Assembly (NCBI GenBank): GCA_018396535.1
Contig: JAGTQC010000004.1
Coordinates: 32,001 to 96,000 of the forward strand
Origin: Candidatus Bathyarchaeota archaeon
GTDB lineage: Archaea > Thermoproteota > CALKCG01 > B24 > DRYS01
DNA: 64,000 nt
Reading direction: 5' to 3'
Within the stretch, counting starts at the first letter, position 1, and the number at the start of each line of letters is the position of its first letter. Shown piece after piece: positions 1 through 10,563 of the stretch. The notes under the pieces were generated by a model, which was given only the letters and a program-made list of their open reading frames with translations, did no database searches and was not told the DNA's origin. Both the position numbers and the translations under genes were made by a program.

Positions 1-1338
1 TTCAACAGCTTCACCATAATCGGTGCTATAATCGCTATGCTATCGATAAACTGGAAGCTCACTATAGCCGTATTCTTCATGATGCCGCTGATCATCTTCA
101 CCGTTATAACTATAGCTGAGAGGAGTAGGGCTGCGTATAGGGTGGTTAGAAGTAAGGTTGGAGAACTTACATCTAAGGTTGAGGAGAGTATATCCGGTAT
201 TAGGGAGGCTCAATCATATAGCGAAAGGAGACGTATAGATGTAGAATCCTTCAGCCGTATAGGCTTAGAAGTTATGCAAGCTAATATACGTGCTACTAAG
301 GTTATCGGTCTCATGAACCCTCTGATGAACTTGATAAGGGGTGGAGCTATAGCTATAATCATAGTCTACGGAGGATACCTCGTATCTATAGGTGAAGCTA
401 CGATCGGATCCCTAGTAGCATTCTACAGCTATCTCGAGATGTTCTTCGGTCCGATAACTATGGTAGCTTTATTCTACAATACATTTCAATCTGCTCTAGC
501 CGCAGCTGAGAGGATATTCGATTTCATAGATGCTAAACCATCAGTTGTAGAAGCTTCAGATGCTATCGATCTCGAGATAGAGAAGGGTGAGATAACGCTT
601 GAAGATGTATACTTCAGCTATGATAATACCCCCGTCTTCCAGGATTTCAACCTAAGGATAAAGCCGGGGGAGATCTTAGCAGTCGTAGGACCTACAGGTG
701 CTGGTAAGACTACCCTAGCTAACCTTATCCTAAGATTATACGATCCTCAGAAGGGTAGAATTACCGTGGATGGTGTGGATATCAGGAAGATTAAGATATC
801 ATCCCTACGTAGGCAGACAGCTCTAGTACCTCAAGAGCCTATACTATTCGAGGATACTGTTATAGGAAATATAAGATATGGTAGGCCTGATGCATCTGAT
901 GAAGAGATAACCGAAGCTATACGGAGGCTCGGGTTAGAAGAGCTTATAGAGAGGCTTCCTGAAGGGCTATATACACGTGTAACTGAGGGTGGAGCAAACC
1001 TATCGGTCGGTCAGAGACAGCTTATAAATATAGCTAGAGCTTTGATAAGGAATCCAAAGATAGTGGTATTAGATGAAGCTACTAGTAGCGTTGATCCATA
1101 TACTGAGAGTCTAATACAGAAAGCTTTAAAGAAGCTTCTAGAAAACAGGACGTGCATAATAATAGCTCATAGGCTATCGACCACATTCCTAGCGGATAGG
1201 GTTATAGTACTCGAGAATGGTAGGATAGTAGAAGAGGGCTCCCATATAGATTTACTTAGGATGGGCGGGGTGTATGCTAAGCTATACGAGGCTCAGCTTG
1301 GAGAAGCAGTTAAAGCTATAAGAATGGCTTCTGGGTGA
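1..1338 (+). CDS. ABC exporter, fused permease/ATPase (MsbA/MdlB-like), 5'-truncated by window edge
   Basis: Frame open from base 1; TM helices then Walker A GPTGAGKTT, signature LSVGQRQ, Walker B VVLDEATSS, H-loop IAHRLST. Confidence 0.93.
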   Translation, partial: FNSFTIIGAIIAMLSINWKLTIAVFFMMPLIIFTVITIAERSRAAYRVVRSKVGELTSKVEESISGIREAQSYSERRRIDVESFSRIGLEVMQANIRATKVIGLMNPLMNLIRGGAIAIIIVYGGYLVSIGEATIGSLVAFYSYLEMFFGPITMVALFYNTFQSALAAAERIFDFIDAKPSVVEASDAIDLEIEKGEITLEDVYFSYDNTPVFQDFNLRIKPGEILAVVGPTGAGKTTLANLILRLYDPQKGRITVDGVDIRKIKISSLRRQTALVPQEPILFEDTVIGNIRYGRPDASDEEITEAIRRLGLEELIERLPEGLYTRVTEGGANLSVGQRQLINIARALIRNPKIVVLDEATSSVDPYTESLIQKALKKLLENRTCIIIAHRLSTTFLADRVIVLENGRIVEEGSHIDLLRMGGVYAKLYEAQLGEAVKAIRMASG

Positions 1339-1465
1339 CCATTCAACCTTCCCAATTATACTATCATATATACCCCCTATTTAGTTAAACAGTCTTTCAA
1401 GGATGTGTACGCTTCTCTTAAGTAAGTTACGTTAATAAACTATGTCTAACATAATTCTATTGGGT

Positions 1466-1918
1466 ATGCAGATACATTTAGATGAGGTGGATAGACGGAT
1501 ACTCGAAATACTCCAGTATAATGCACGTACACCGCTTAAACGTATAGCTTCAGCTTTAAACGTAAGTGAGGGTACAGTACATATCCGTCTAAAGAGGCTT
1601 ATAGCTAACGGTGTTATAAAAGGCTTCTATACTATCCTAGATGAGGAGAAGCTAGGCTACAACGTTAAAGCTATAGTAGCTTTAAAAGCAGATCCGTCGA
1701 TGTATAGCCGTATACTCGAATCTCTTAAGGATATAGACGGTATAACAGAGATATACGATGTGACAGGTGAATACTATGCTATACTAAAGGTTAAAGCTAC
1801 TAGTAGAGAGGAGCTTGCAAGCATAATAGATCGTATAGGCTCTATAAAGGGTGTACAATCTACGTCGACTATGATAATATTACGTACCATAAAGGAGGAT
1901 CCAACTCTCAAGATCTAG
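1466..1918 (+). CDS. Lrp/AsnC family transcriptional regulator
   Basis: LDEVDRRILEILQYNAR HTH start plus RAM domain (VTGEY); ATG 1466 preferred over 1442 because of TATA-like TTAATAAA at ~1432. Confidence 0.93.
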   Translation: MQIHLDEVDRRILEILQYNARTPLKRIASALNVSEGTVHIRLKRLIANGVIKGFYTILDEEKLGYNVKAIVALKADPSMYSRILESLKDIDGITEIYDVTGEYYAILKVKATSREELASIIDRIGSIKGVQSTSTMIILRTIKEDPTLKI

Positions 1919-3470
1919 TACTCCTAGTACGTGGAGGATTCGGTAGCCTACCTATCTTCCTCCTAACCTCCTTAGGCCATTTATCGTAGTCGAATCCATG
2001 TTGAGCTAGGAAAGCTGTAACCCATCTTGTTAAACCGAATCCAGCACATCCAGTCCAAACCTCCCTATCCTTAACCTCATGTATGTTGAAGCTTCTAACA
2101 TACTTATCCTTAGCGCACGTATACGCCCCTATCTCTAACCACTCACTCTCACTCCGGCTACCCCTATAGGGAAGCCACGCTTCTAGATCGACTGTCGGAT
2201 AGCCCTCAGGACTAGATATATCCACATAGGTTCTACCTGCCTCCTCGCTACTCATATAGAACGGTGCGCCTACCACCATTCTCACCTCAAGCTCTAATAG
2301 TTTATCTGCAAGCTTATAGGATTCCTCAGCAACCCTATCCCTAAGCTCTACAGCATCGCTTCTAGATGTAAGCCAGACTGCCTCAAGTCTATAGAACTCT
2401 ATGGTACGCTCCAACCCTCTAACACCCTTACCCTCCCACCTCCACGTCCATCCACTCTGATCGTAAACCTTAACTGGTAGATCCTCATCTACATCGATAT
2501 ACTCGCCTGAGAAGAACTGGTAGAACGGCGTACACTGTGCAGGTTCTAAGACGTATAGAGGCCCTTCAAGCTCCCTCCTCAGAGATTCTACATCTACCTC
2601 CCTTCTAGTGATGAAATTCCTCTTGAAATCTGCTAAGGCATCTTCACGTCTAGGTGGAACCATACAGTATATCATACCTTCAGCTAGATGATCTAGGTAT
2701 CCAGGCATTCTAGCTATAACAGAGAGAGGTGTGAGTTTAGGTAGCATCCACTCCTCGAAGCCTAGAGGGTTCAGTACACCATCTACTATCATAGATTTTA
2801 TAGCGTTTAGTAGACTGGTTATCGGAGCTGTAAGTATCCATTGACCCCTACCTGGATAGCGTTTAGCCCATCCAAGCTTAACTATAAACTCGGCTACATC
2901 CCCCTCAAACTCGATTTCCTTCTCTCCAGTATACTTTAACGTATATCCTAACGGTACGAGGTTAGCTTCTACAAGCTCAGCGGGTTTAGACTTCACCTCA
3001 GATAACGCTATGCTAACTATTCTATCGATAACCCTATTCTCTAGATCTCTCTCATCGATATTATGGAATTCGATCACGGAATATCCATCCATATTACGGA
3101 TGGTAGCCATCCCTCCAGCCATCGATACTACACTACTATAGTCAGCTTTCGGTAGACCTTCGATCAAGTATTTATCGATTATTAACCCTCTAATACCTAT
3201 CTTATGTTCCCTACCCAGCTTCTCCGATAGATACCTCCTAATCCTAAGGAGAGCATCATGAGCTCTTACATAACGATCAGATACTATACGTAGCTTAAGA
3301 TACTGTCCATCTATACTCCACCACTCTATCCTCGCCCCCTCAGCTTTAGCAGGCGCCCCCCTCCTAAGGAGAGGCTTAACTTCATCCAGATACTCAGATA
3401 GCTTAGTAGCTATATCCTCTAAGCTACGGCTAGCCTTGATGCTAGCCTCAAGTTTAAACAAGATATTCAT
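1908..3470 (-). CDS. serS: Seryl-tRNA synthetase, methanogenic (type 2, Zn-dependent)
   Basis: N-terminal SDRYVRAHDALLR; PAQCTPFY (Zn Cys), GLERTIEFYRLE (motif 2 with Zn Glu), WTGCAGFGLTRW..AFLAQHGFD (motif 3 with Zn Cys). Confidence 0.9.
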   Translation of the reverse strand: MNILFKLEASIKASRSLEDIATKLSEYLDEVKPLLRRGAPAKAEGARIEWWSIDGQYLKLRIVSDRYVRAHDALLRIRRYLSEKLGREHKIGIRGLIIDKYLIEGLPKADYSSVVSMAGGMATIRNMDGYSVIEFHNIDERDLENRVIDRIVSIALSEVKSKPAELVEANLVPLGYTLKYTGEKEIEFEGDVAEFIVKLGWAKRYPGRGQWILTAPITSLLNAIKSMIVDGVLNPLGFEEWMLPKLTPLSVIARMPGYLDHLAEGMIYCMVPPRREDALADFKRNFITRREVDVESLRRELEGPLYVLEPAQCTPFYQFFSGEYIDVDEDLPVKVYDQSGWTWRWEGKGVRGLERTIEFYRLEAVWLTSRSDAVELRDRVAEESYKLADKLLELEVRMVVGAPFYMSSEEAGRTYVDISSPEGYPTVDLEAWLPYRGSRSESEWLEIGAYTCAKDKYVRSFNIHEVKDREVWTGCAGFGLTRWVTAFLAQHGFDYDKWPKEVRRKIGRLPNPPRTRSTRS

Positions 3471-3561
3471 AGCAGAGCGGCTCCCTACAGATAGCTAAGG
3501 CTAAAAAGGTTTAAACGGGATATATATGTGTATAGTTAGGCTAAACTATTAACCTAACTTA

Positions 3562-4110
3562 CTATAGCTGTTTAACATATACATTGTATGCATCCAGTAT
3601 AAGTTTAGCTACTATAGCTGCATCCAATCCTGTCGTATTCAGTACAAGGTGATAGAGGCATGGATCAAGCCAATTCAACCTATAGAATCTTCTAACGAGA
3701 GCTTCACGTTCATCATCACTAACTTCTATCTCCCTCATAGCTTCAGCTAGGCTTACACCCCTAACCTTAGATATATGCTCAGCTCTAGCCCTCTTATCTG
3801 CTACCAATAATACCTTCAGGAAATTCCTTCTAGGTATAAGAAAGAATGCAGCCCTACCCTCTACTATAACCTTACTCTCAGCGTTAACAACCTCGTATGT
3901 ATAACTTTCAAGTATCCTATCAAGGTTTATCTCACCAGACCTTATATGCTCCTGAAAGCCTGCGAAGCTCTCCCCTCTCTCGATTACAAGCTTCTTAATT
4001 ATACTCTCACTATTATAGACCTTAGCCCCCGTCTCGTTAGATATAGCTTCAGCTACCTCTGTACATCCAGCTCCAAGCTGTCCGGCTAAAGCTATCTTAA
4101 GAGTGGACAT
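3562..4110 (-). CDS. Cytidylate kinase-like protein
   Basis: P-loop-like AGQLGAGCT, VIVEGR, SDDER...YHLVLNT motifs of the Cmk/Cytidylate_kin2 family. Confidence 0.8.
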   Translation of the reverse strand: MSTLKIALAGQLGAGCTEVAEAISNETGAKVYNSESIIKKLVIERGESFAGFQEHIRSGEINLDRILESYTYEVVNAESKVIVEGRAAFFLIPRRNFLKVLLVADKRARAEHISKVRGVSLAEAMREIEVSDDEREALVRRFYRLNWLDPCLYHLVLNTTGLDAAIVAKLILDAYNVYVKQL

Positions 4111-4168
4111 CGTAAATTATTTAGTTGAGACGAAATTTAAGTTTTAGCTTTTGATAGAAATTTCTGAT

Positions 4169-4930
4169 ATGCATAGCGATGTAAGAGTCGTGCAGATTAT
4201 AGGTGTTAAACTTCCTGAGATAAGATTCGGTGATGATATAGGCTGTCTAATAGTCGATGCATGTAGGAAGCAGAGTGTTAAACTCGAGGATGGTGATATA
4301 GTAGTCGTAACTCATAAGATAGTATCTAAAGCTGAAGGCTATCTATACAGGCTTAGCGATATCCATCCATCGATATTCGCTGAGAGGATTAGCTTAGAAC
4401 TTGGGAAGGATCCTAGACACGTAGAGTTGATTCTCAGACAGGCTAGACGTATAGTTAAGATGAGAGGTCCACATATAATAACCGAGACTATACATGGATT
4501 CGTATGCGCTAACAGCGCCGTAGATCTATCCAATGTATCAGGTGGGGATACAGCCGTAACTCTACCTGAAAACCCAGATTCATCCGCTATGAGGATAGGT
4601 TTAAGGATAAGAGAGCTTACAGGTGTAGACGTGGCTGTTATTATAAGTGATACATTCGGTAGAGCTTGGCGTAGAGGTCTCACAGATGTAGCAGTAGGTG
4701 TATGGAATATGAAGCCTCTACTAGACTATAGGGGTTTAAGAGATCCGTATGGTTATGAGCTTAGAGCAACAGTTGTAGCTGTAGCAGATGAGGTAGCATC
4801 AGCTGCAGAACTCGTAATGGGTAAGACCGAGGGTATACCCGTAGCTATAGTTAAAGGTGTTAGATACGAGAAGGGTGAGGGATCGTTTAGAGATCTTGTA
4901 AGACCATTAGAGGAGGATCTATTTAGGTAG
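4169..4930 (+). CDS. cofE: Coenzyme F420-0:L-glutamate ligase
   Basis: LPEI..GDDI, KIVSKAEG, CANSAVDLSN, ISDTFGRAWRRG, VADEVASAAELVMGK, DLFR end; ATG 4169 (TTG 4151 alternative). Confidence 0.93.
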   Translation: MHSDVRVVQIIGVKLPEIRFGDDIGCLIVDACRKQSVKLEDGDIVVVTHKIVSKAEGYLYRLSDIHPSIFAERISLELGKDPRHVELILRQARRIVKMRGPHIITETIHGFVCANSAVDLSNVSGGDTAVTLPENPDSSAMRIGLRIRELTGVDVAVIISDTFGRAWRRGLTDVAVGVWNMKPLLDYRGLRDPYGYELRATVVAVADEVASAAELVMGKTEGIPVAIVKGVRYEKGEGSFRDLVRPLEEDLFR

Positions 4931-5437
4931 ATTAACCTCTTCAAGCTCCTCTATCCTACGTATAAACCTCCTAGTAGTAGGTCCTGGAAGCTGTACGCTA
5001 ATCTTTCTATCCTTTAAAACTATCATAGGATCCACCATTATAACCTCATACCACTCATACATCCCATCCTCGTATACGTAGTAGCATCCTATAGGTTTAA
5101 GATTCGGATACTTCCTCTGCGCTCTATACACCGCTATCTCCTCCTTAGATATCTCCCGCTTAATCTTCTTAACACCTAGCGCTTTAGGTCTCCTACCAGA
5201 TCTAGGTCTAGGCTTCTCTCCTGAACCCTTACGTACACGAACCCTAACTACGATAAACCCCCTCTTAGCTTTATAACCAAGCTTCCTAGCCGTATGTAGT
5301 TTAGTCGGTTTATCAACTCTAACTACAGCTGGCTGGCTCCTCCACTCTATCATACGGCTACGCATAATATCCTTTATAGGCTCATGGAATGATCTACGCC
5401 ATAGCTCAGATAACGCTTTATACATCGTCAACGTCAT
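4919..5437 (-). CDS. rpl15e: 50S ribosomal protein eL15
   Basis: WRSQPAVVRVDKPT, ARKLGYKAKRG, VRVRVRKG, GRRPK, KYPNL, WYEVIMVDP. Confidence 0.93.
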   Translation of the reverse strand: MTLTMYKALSELWRRSFHEPIKDIMRSRMIEWRSQPAVVRVDKPTKLHTARKLGYKAKRGFIVVRVRVRKGSGEKPRPRSGRRPKALGVKKIKREISKEEIAVYRAQRKYPNLKPIGCYYVYEDGMYEWYEVIMVDPMIVLKDRKISVQLPGPTTRRFIRRIEELEEVNLPK

Positions 5438-5519
5438 ATCCCGATCCTACTTCTTGAAAGAGGGATAGAACAGGTTTAGATAAATATTTCTCAGTTAGTA
5501 GAATCTCATCTTCTCAAGC

Positions 5520-7655
5520 CTATTTTGAAAACTTTGTTACACCCTTCGCTACCCTAACTTCATTGAATATTCCATCCCTATAGTATAGTAGGGTTCCAGG
5601 CGCCTCGCTCTCTATGAAGATCTCTCCATCAGCTTCGATCATTCTGATAGGATATGGTGGAAGCATATACTCCTTCAAACCTACGATAGCCGATTCGTTA
5701 CGTATAGGTGTAAACACCATTATCTCAGTCTCAAGCTCTCTGAGAGATACGTTAACCCCGCTTCCAGGCTTAACTACGCTATAACTTTCATCGAACACCC
5801 TATAGCATAGATATTCCCCATCATCCACCTTGAACGGTAGTATATCTAGCTTCACATAATCGTTTAGAGTAGAACCCTCCTTATACACGTTGAATAACGC
5901 TATAGCTGCATATCCTCTAACAGTCGATGCTATCTTCAATATTATAGGCTCGTTATACGGGTCTCTTAGTAGTATATCACGAGTAGGTAATCCAGGTTTA
6001 TCAACTCTAACAATCCTACCATCTGGTAGGATAATCCTCCTAAGTAAATCTACATCCGTTTTCTCAGGATGCCTATCCGTTATGTATACCGGTCCACCGC
6101 TGAATATTCTAGCTACGAGATGCATCTTCGCATATGGATCATACGATATGAACATATCGTAATCTGGGTAGGCTATATTACTAAAGAATAGAGCGTTGTA
6201 TACGCTGAATAGTGTATGTAGCTTAGCATCAGCCTTCCAGAATGGTATATAATCTATCGATACCCTCATAGCGTTGCTAAATAGGAAGTAGCTGTAATCC
6301 TCTGGAGCCATACACATACAATTCAATATATCTAGATCGTTAGCGTATGCAGATATCTGCATAGCTAGCTGTATATTCCTAGAAGCTACACCGACAGGAT
6401 AATCACCTAGATATAAGCTATGGATAATCCATTGATTATCTATTTTAACGAAATCGAATCCAGATTCCTTAACCCAGGAGAAGAACCGATTATAGAATTC
6501 GTAAGCTCCATCCATACTAGCTGGTGGGACATAGCTATCTGTAAACCTCGATCTATACCCGTCGATACATAGCTCTCTGATAACCTCCTCCTCAACCCCT
6601 CCCCAATGGATGTTTATAGTATGCCATAAACCTACAAGCTCTACACCTAACTTCTTCAGATCCGTAGTAAGACTCTTCAACCCTCTCGGGAATCTATCGT
6701 TAGCTGAAAGCCTTCTTAACACTCTACGAGGCCACTTATCCCTAGATACTTCATCCTGCCATCCATCATCTATTATAACCCAACTGATAGGTATACCCCT
6801 AGCCTTTAAGCCTTCGACGATCCTAATCACGTTCTCATGCGATAGATCATCCGTTAGTAGAGCATTCCATGAGCACCATCCTAATTTATCCATGAATATA
6901 GGTATCCTCTTTCTATCCCTACACTTAAACACAGATGAAGATGCCGCTATCTCTACACATCTATCTACAGCTCTATATGGATCGCTATCTAGAGCGATAG
7001 ATGCAAACCAGCTTAGATCTATCCTTCCAGTCTCTATTCCAGATAGAATCTTAAAAGTTAGATACGGCTCTATATACGAGGTTACATAACCGTTCGTAAT
7101 CGTAGCGATAGCTAGGTATGTATCACCATACGATGCTAATGTGAAGATTGTATAGTATGGAATAGCTTCGAGCCTCTCTACCACTATAGGATATGTCCAG
7201 CATGGAGCCCCTCTCACATACTCTTCGTGAGATATATAACTTAGATCATACGGATATACAGGATCATCTGGAGGCTTAGCACCTTTAGGCTCTCTATCCG
7301 TAGCAACAGGGTTATAGTATCTAAAGGCATCCGAGTAGAATCCAGCCGCACCCCTATGGGTGGTTAAAGCTAATATCCTCCTAGGACTACCTGCTTCAAC
7401 CTCTATATCGATTGGGTATAGAGCATTAAGCATCCTAGGAGAGTTTATAGATAAACCTAAACCTATACCTCCATTAAACCTAGCTACATGAATGTTAGCA
7501 TATGAATCTATACACCTATACCTGTATACCCTATAATCATCTCTCCTCCACTCTACCCCTTCAAGACTACCACTCGCTCCCGCTCCATCACTAAAGTTAA
7601 GCTTCACTGATTTAATATCCACACGTACATCCTTCGAGTCTATGACTACGACCAT
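5520..7655 (-). CDS. Sip1/raffinose-synthase-related alpha-galactosidase (GH36)
   Basis: GWCSWNA, IIDDGWQ, VKIDNQ (nucleophile), RVSIDY (acid/base), YPDYDMF, SGGPVYITD. Confidence 0.9.
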   Translation of the reverse strand: MVVVIDSKDVRVDIKSVKLNFSDGAGASGSLEGVEWRRDDYRVYRYRCIDSYANIHVARFNGGIGLGLSINSPRMLNALYPIDIEVEAGSPRRILALTTHRGAAGFYSDAFRYYNPVATDREPKGAKPPDDPVYPYDLSYISHEEYVRGAPCWTYPIVVERLEAIPYYTIFTLASYGDTYLAIATITNGYVTSYIEPYLTFKILSGIETGRIDLSWFASIALDSDPYRAVDRCVEIAASSSVFKCRDRKRIPIFMDKLGWCSWNALLTDDLSHENVIRIVEGLKARGIPISWVIIDDGWQDEVSRDKWPRRVLRRLSANDRFPRGLKSLTTDLKKLGVELVGLWHTINIHWGGVEEEVIRELCIDGYRSRFTDSYVPPASMDGAYEFYNRFFSWVKESGFDFVKIDNQWIIHSLYLGDYPVGVASRNIQLAMQISAYANDLDILNCMCMAPEDYSYFLFSNAMRVSIDYIPFWKADAKLHTLFSVYNALFFSNIAYPDYDMFISYDPYAKMHLVARIFSGGPVYITDRHPEKTDVDLLRRIILPDGRIVRVDKPGLPTRDILLRDPYNEPIILKIASTVRGYAAIALFNVYKEGSTLNDYVKLDILPFKVDDGEYLCYRVFDESYSVVKPGSGVNVSLRELETEIMVFTPIRNESAIVGLKEYMLPPYPIRMIEADGEIFIESEAPGTLLYYRDGIFNEVRVAKGVTKFSK

Positions 7656-7715
7656 GAAGCCCCGCCCCCATAGTCGGTGTACTCTAACCTAGGATATATA
7701 GATTACCATCATCTA

Positions 7716-8144
7716 TCAAGCATATACTCTGATTATAACTAGTACTCTAGTATCCTCCCGTCTAAGTATATCCACAACTTCTCTAGGTATATCGATCGCA
7801 GCTTTATCCGCTCTTATCATTAATGTACGACTACAGGTATAGCTACTCTTCCTGCAAACTATATCTCTAGGATGATCGGCTATAAGCTTCCCCGAGCCAT
7901 ACCCTTTCACTTCGAAGATATAGCCATCTATATCTAGAGTGAGTGTTACGATAGATCCATTCCTACATATCCATGATCTGATATCCTCATGCAGATCCCT
8001 TAAGGCTTTCTCAGCTCTAACCGCTACTATACAATCGCCTCTAGGTGTAACGTAATCATCCTTAGTTACCATTAGCGTCGATCTATGCCTAGCCATTATA
8101 TTAGGGTGACCCCAGGCATAGAAATAGTCCTCGTATACTACCAC
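7716..8144 (-). CDS. DUF371 family protein
   Basis: GHPNI.A.H..T, TPRGDCI, RKS.Y...RT..I.ADKAA.DI motifs. Confidence 0.88.
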   Translation of the reverse strand: MVVYEDYFYAWGHPNIMARHRSTLMVTKDDYVTPRGDCIVAVRAEKALRDLHEDIRSWICRNGSIVTLTLDIDGYIFEVKGYGSGKLIADHPRDIVCRKSSYTCSRTLMIRADKAAIDIPREVVDILRREDTRVLVIIRVYA

Positions 8145-8812
8145 CCATAATCCCCTCTTAAAGGTACGAAGATCACATCTAGTAGGCTTCTCCTCTCGAT
8201 TCTCCCATCCATCTTCTTCTCGACTTTAACCAATACCTGCGTCGAGTATGGTCTACCTATAGGTATCAGTAGTATCCCTCCAGGTTTAAGCTGGTCTATC
8301 AGAGGTTGAGGTATATCTGGTGCAGCAGCTGTTACGAGTATGCGATCGTAGGGGGCGTACTCGGCTAGACCTTTAGATCCATCCCCATGTATAACCGTAA
8401 CCCTATCCCCGTATCCAGCTTTCTCTACGTTACGTCTAGCGTAATTCGCCAAATCCTCTATTATCTCTATAGTCCATACATGCCCCCATAGATTCCTTTC
8501 CGTATCGCTAGGTGCGACTATCTCAGCTATAGTACATGCATGATAACCGGATCCAGCCCCAACCTCTAGAACCTTATACCCGATTTTCAACTCAAGCTCT
8601 TCATTCATCAAGCAGACCATATGCGGTGCGGATATAGTCTGACCAGAACCTATCGGTAGGGGTGTATCTAGGTATGCATACATCCTTAGATGCTCAGGTA
8701 GGAATAACTCCCTAGGAACCTTGCGGAAAGCCTCTTCTACAGGCTTAGATCTAATAGCGCCTAAAGCCTTAAGTTCATGTATAAGTCTCTCCTTCTCTCT
8801 AGCTAAACTCAA
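8138..8812 (-). CDS. pcm: Protein-L-isoaspartate O-methyltransferase
   Basis: VPRELF, GQTISAPHMV, LEVGAGSGY, GDGSKG, APYDRI.VTAA, LKPGG, FVPL. Confidence 0.95.
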   Translation of the reverse strand: MSLAREKERLIHELKALGAIRSKPVEEAFRKVPRELFLPEHLRMYAYLDTPLPIGSGQTISAPHMVCLMNEELELKIGYKVLEVGAGSGYHACTIAEIVAPSDTERNLWGHVWTIEIIEDLANYARRNVEKAGYGDRVTVIHGDGSKGLAEYAPYDRILVTAAAPDIPQPLIDQLKPGGILLIPIGRPYSTQVLVKVEKKMDGRIERRSLLDVIFVPLRGDYGW

Positions 8813-9049
8813 CCTCTACCACCATGAACCGAGTATGCGTCATTCTCTACCACGTCTCGACGAATATCCTACATTTAAGGTTAAAGATATACCTTGATAC
8901 CATATACGATACGAGCGGTTACATAGGCTATAACCATAATCTAGCCGTCTATGCTTGTATATGTAAGATTTAACAGGGTGCATAATATAGGCTAGCATCG
9001 TTCTAAACGATTTATCTAATCGTTATCTACCTTATCTTTTGAGTATACC

Positions 9050-10516
9050 TTGCGTATACTAGCCGTAGATATAGGGACTGGTAGTATTAAAGCTGCGATA
9101 TTCGAGGATAACTTTAAGTTATCGTCTATAGCTAGGGTTGAGCTTGAAGTAGGTGCTGAGCAGGATCCAGAAGCGATGTATAAAGGCTTCTTGGAAGCTT
9201 GTAGATCCGTATCTAGAGATTCTAAGCTTAGGTTTATAGATGCGTTAGTCTTAAGCGGGCAGATGCATGGCCTCGTATGTATAGGTGTAGATGGTAAGCC
9301 TCTGACAATGCTTCATACGTACATCGATACTAGGCCAGCGGAAGCCGTTAAATTCATGGAAGAGAGGATTGATGGGTATAGATTGTATACCGAGACTGGA
9401 TGCCCCCCTCTATTCATATACCCCCTAGCTAAACTTTTATGGTTTAAACTATCTAAGCCTAGTATATTCAACTCTACTAGATGGTTTCTATCAGCTAAAG
9501 ACTACGTCGTATATAGGCTTATAGGTGAGCCGTACATCGATAGATCTACGGCTTCTGGTAGTCAACTTCTTAATATACATAGCTTAAGCTGGAATGATGA
9601 ATCTCTAGAGCTGGTAGGGATGGATGAATCAAAGCTGTCTAGATTATGTGATGGAGAGAAGCCTCTCATAGAGCTACCTAGAAGTATAGCTTTAAGCCTA
9701 GGCTTAGATTGTAATCCCCCCATCTTCCTCGGCGCATCTGATGGGGCCCTACATAGCTTAGGTGTAGGCGCGGTATCAGATGGTATAGCGGCTATTAACC
9801 TAGGTACTAGCGGAGCGTTTAGGCTATCTTCAGATAGGCCGGTAGTAGATAGATCTAGGAGTATGCGTTTCTTCTGCTATTATCTAGGCTATGGTATATG
9901 GATACCTGGCGGCGCCGTCAATAACGCTGGCTTATGTCTCAGATGGTTCAGGGATAGTATACTAGGCTCACGCCATAGTTACGAGGATCTGATAAGGGAG
10001 GCTGAATCGGTAGATCTAGATCGATTAAACCCTCTAATCCTACCATTCCTATCCGGTGAGAGATTTCCTATCAGAGATCCGTATGCTAAAGCGTTATTCT
10101 TCGGCTTAACTATAGATCATCGTAGAGGGCATATCGTTCGAGCTTTAATGGAGGCTCCGATCTACACATTGAGATGGATAGCTGACTCTATGAGTGAGAA
10201 TATGCTTAACGCTAGAGTTGCACGTATAGGTGGCGGTGGATCCTCATCAAAATTATGGAGGAGGATATGCTCAGGCATCCTTAATCTAAGGATAGAATAT
10301 GTAGGGTTCGAAGAATCATCGCTCATGGGAGCGGCTATAATGGCTGCGCTAGGATTAGGATACTACAGCTCCATAGATGAGGCTTTAGATAAAGCTATTA
10401 ATATAATGGATGCTGATGATCCAGTACCGAATGAGGTTGAAGTATACGAAGAGCGTTATAGACTATATCGTAGCCTATATGAATCAGTATCCCGCTACCA
10501 CCCCCTTCTAACATAA
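9050..10516 (+). CDS. FGGY carbohydrate kinase, gluconokinase-like
   Basis: AVDIGTGS, SGQMHG, GASDGAL, GTSGAFR, FCY, GGAVNNAG..LRW, GER.P resemble Bacillus-type GntK. Confidence 0.8.
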   Translation: MRILAVDIGTGSIKAAIFEDNFKLSSIARVELEVGAEQDPEAMYKGFLEACRSVSRDSKLRFIDALVLSGQMHGLVCIGVDGKPLTMLHTYIDTRPAEAVKFMEERIDGYRLYTETGCPPLFIYPLAKLLWFKLSKPSIFNSTRWFLSAKDYVVYRLIGEPYIDRSTASGSQLLNIHSLSWNDESLELVGMDESKLSRLCDGEKPLIELPRSIALSLGLDCNPPIFLGASDGALHSLGVGAVSDGIAAINLGTSGAFRLSSDRPVVDRSRSMRFFCYYLGYGIWIPGGAVNNAGLCLRWFRDSILGSRHSYEDLIREAESVDLDRLNPLILPFLSGERFPIRDPYAKALFFGLTIDHRRGHIVRALMEAPIYTLRWIADSMSENMLNARVARIGGGGSSSKLWRRICSGILNLRIEYVGFEESSLMGAAIMAALGLGYYSSIDEALDKAINIMDADDPVPNEVEVYEERYRLYRSLYESVSRYHPLLT

Positions 10517-10563
10517 AGTTTTTCCTGTGAATCTATCTTCGATATCCTAGCGGTGTTAAGTCG

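Noticed and set aside
8840-8998. 52-aa minus-strand ORF upstream of pcm (MLAYIMHPVKSY...)
   Set aside because: No motif, SD or recognisable family; not the Zn-finger gene often found before pcm.
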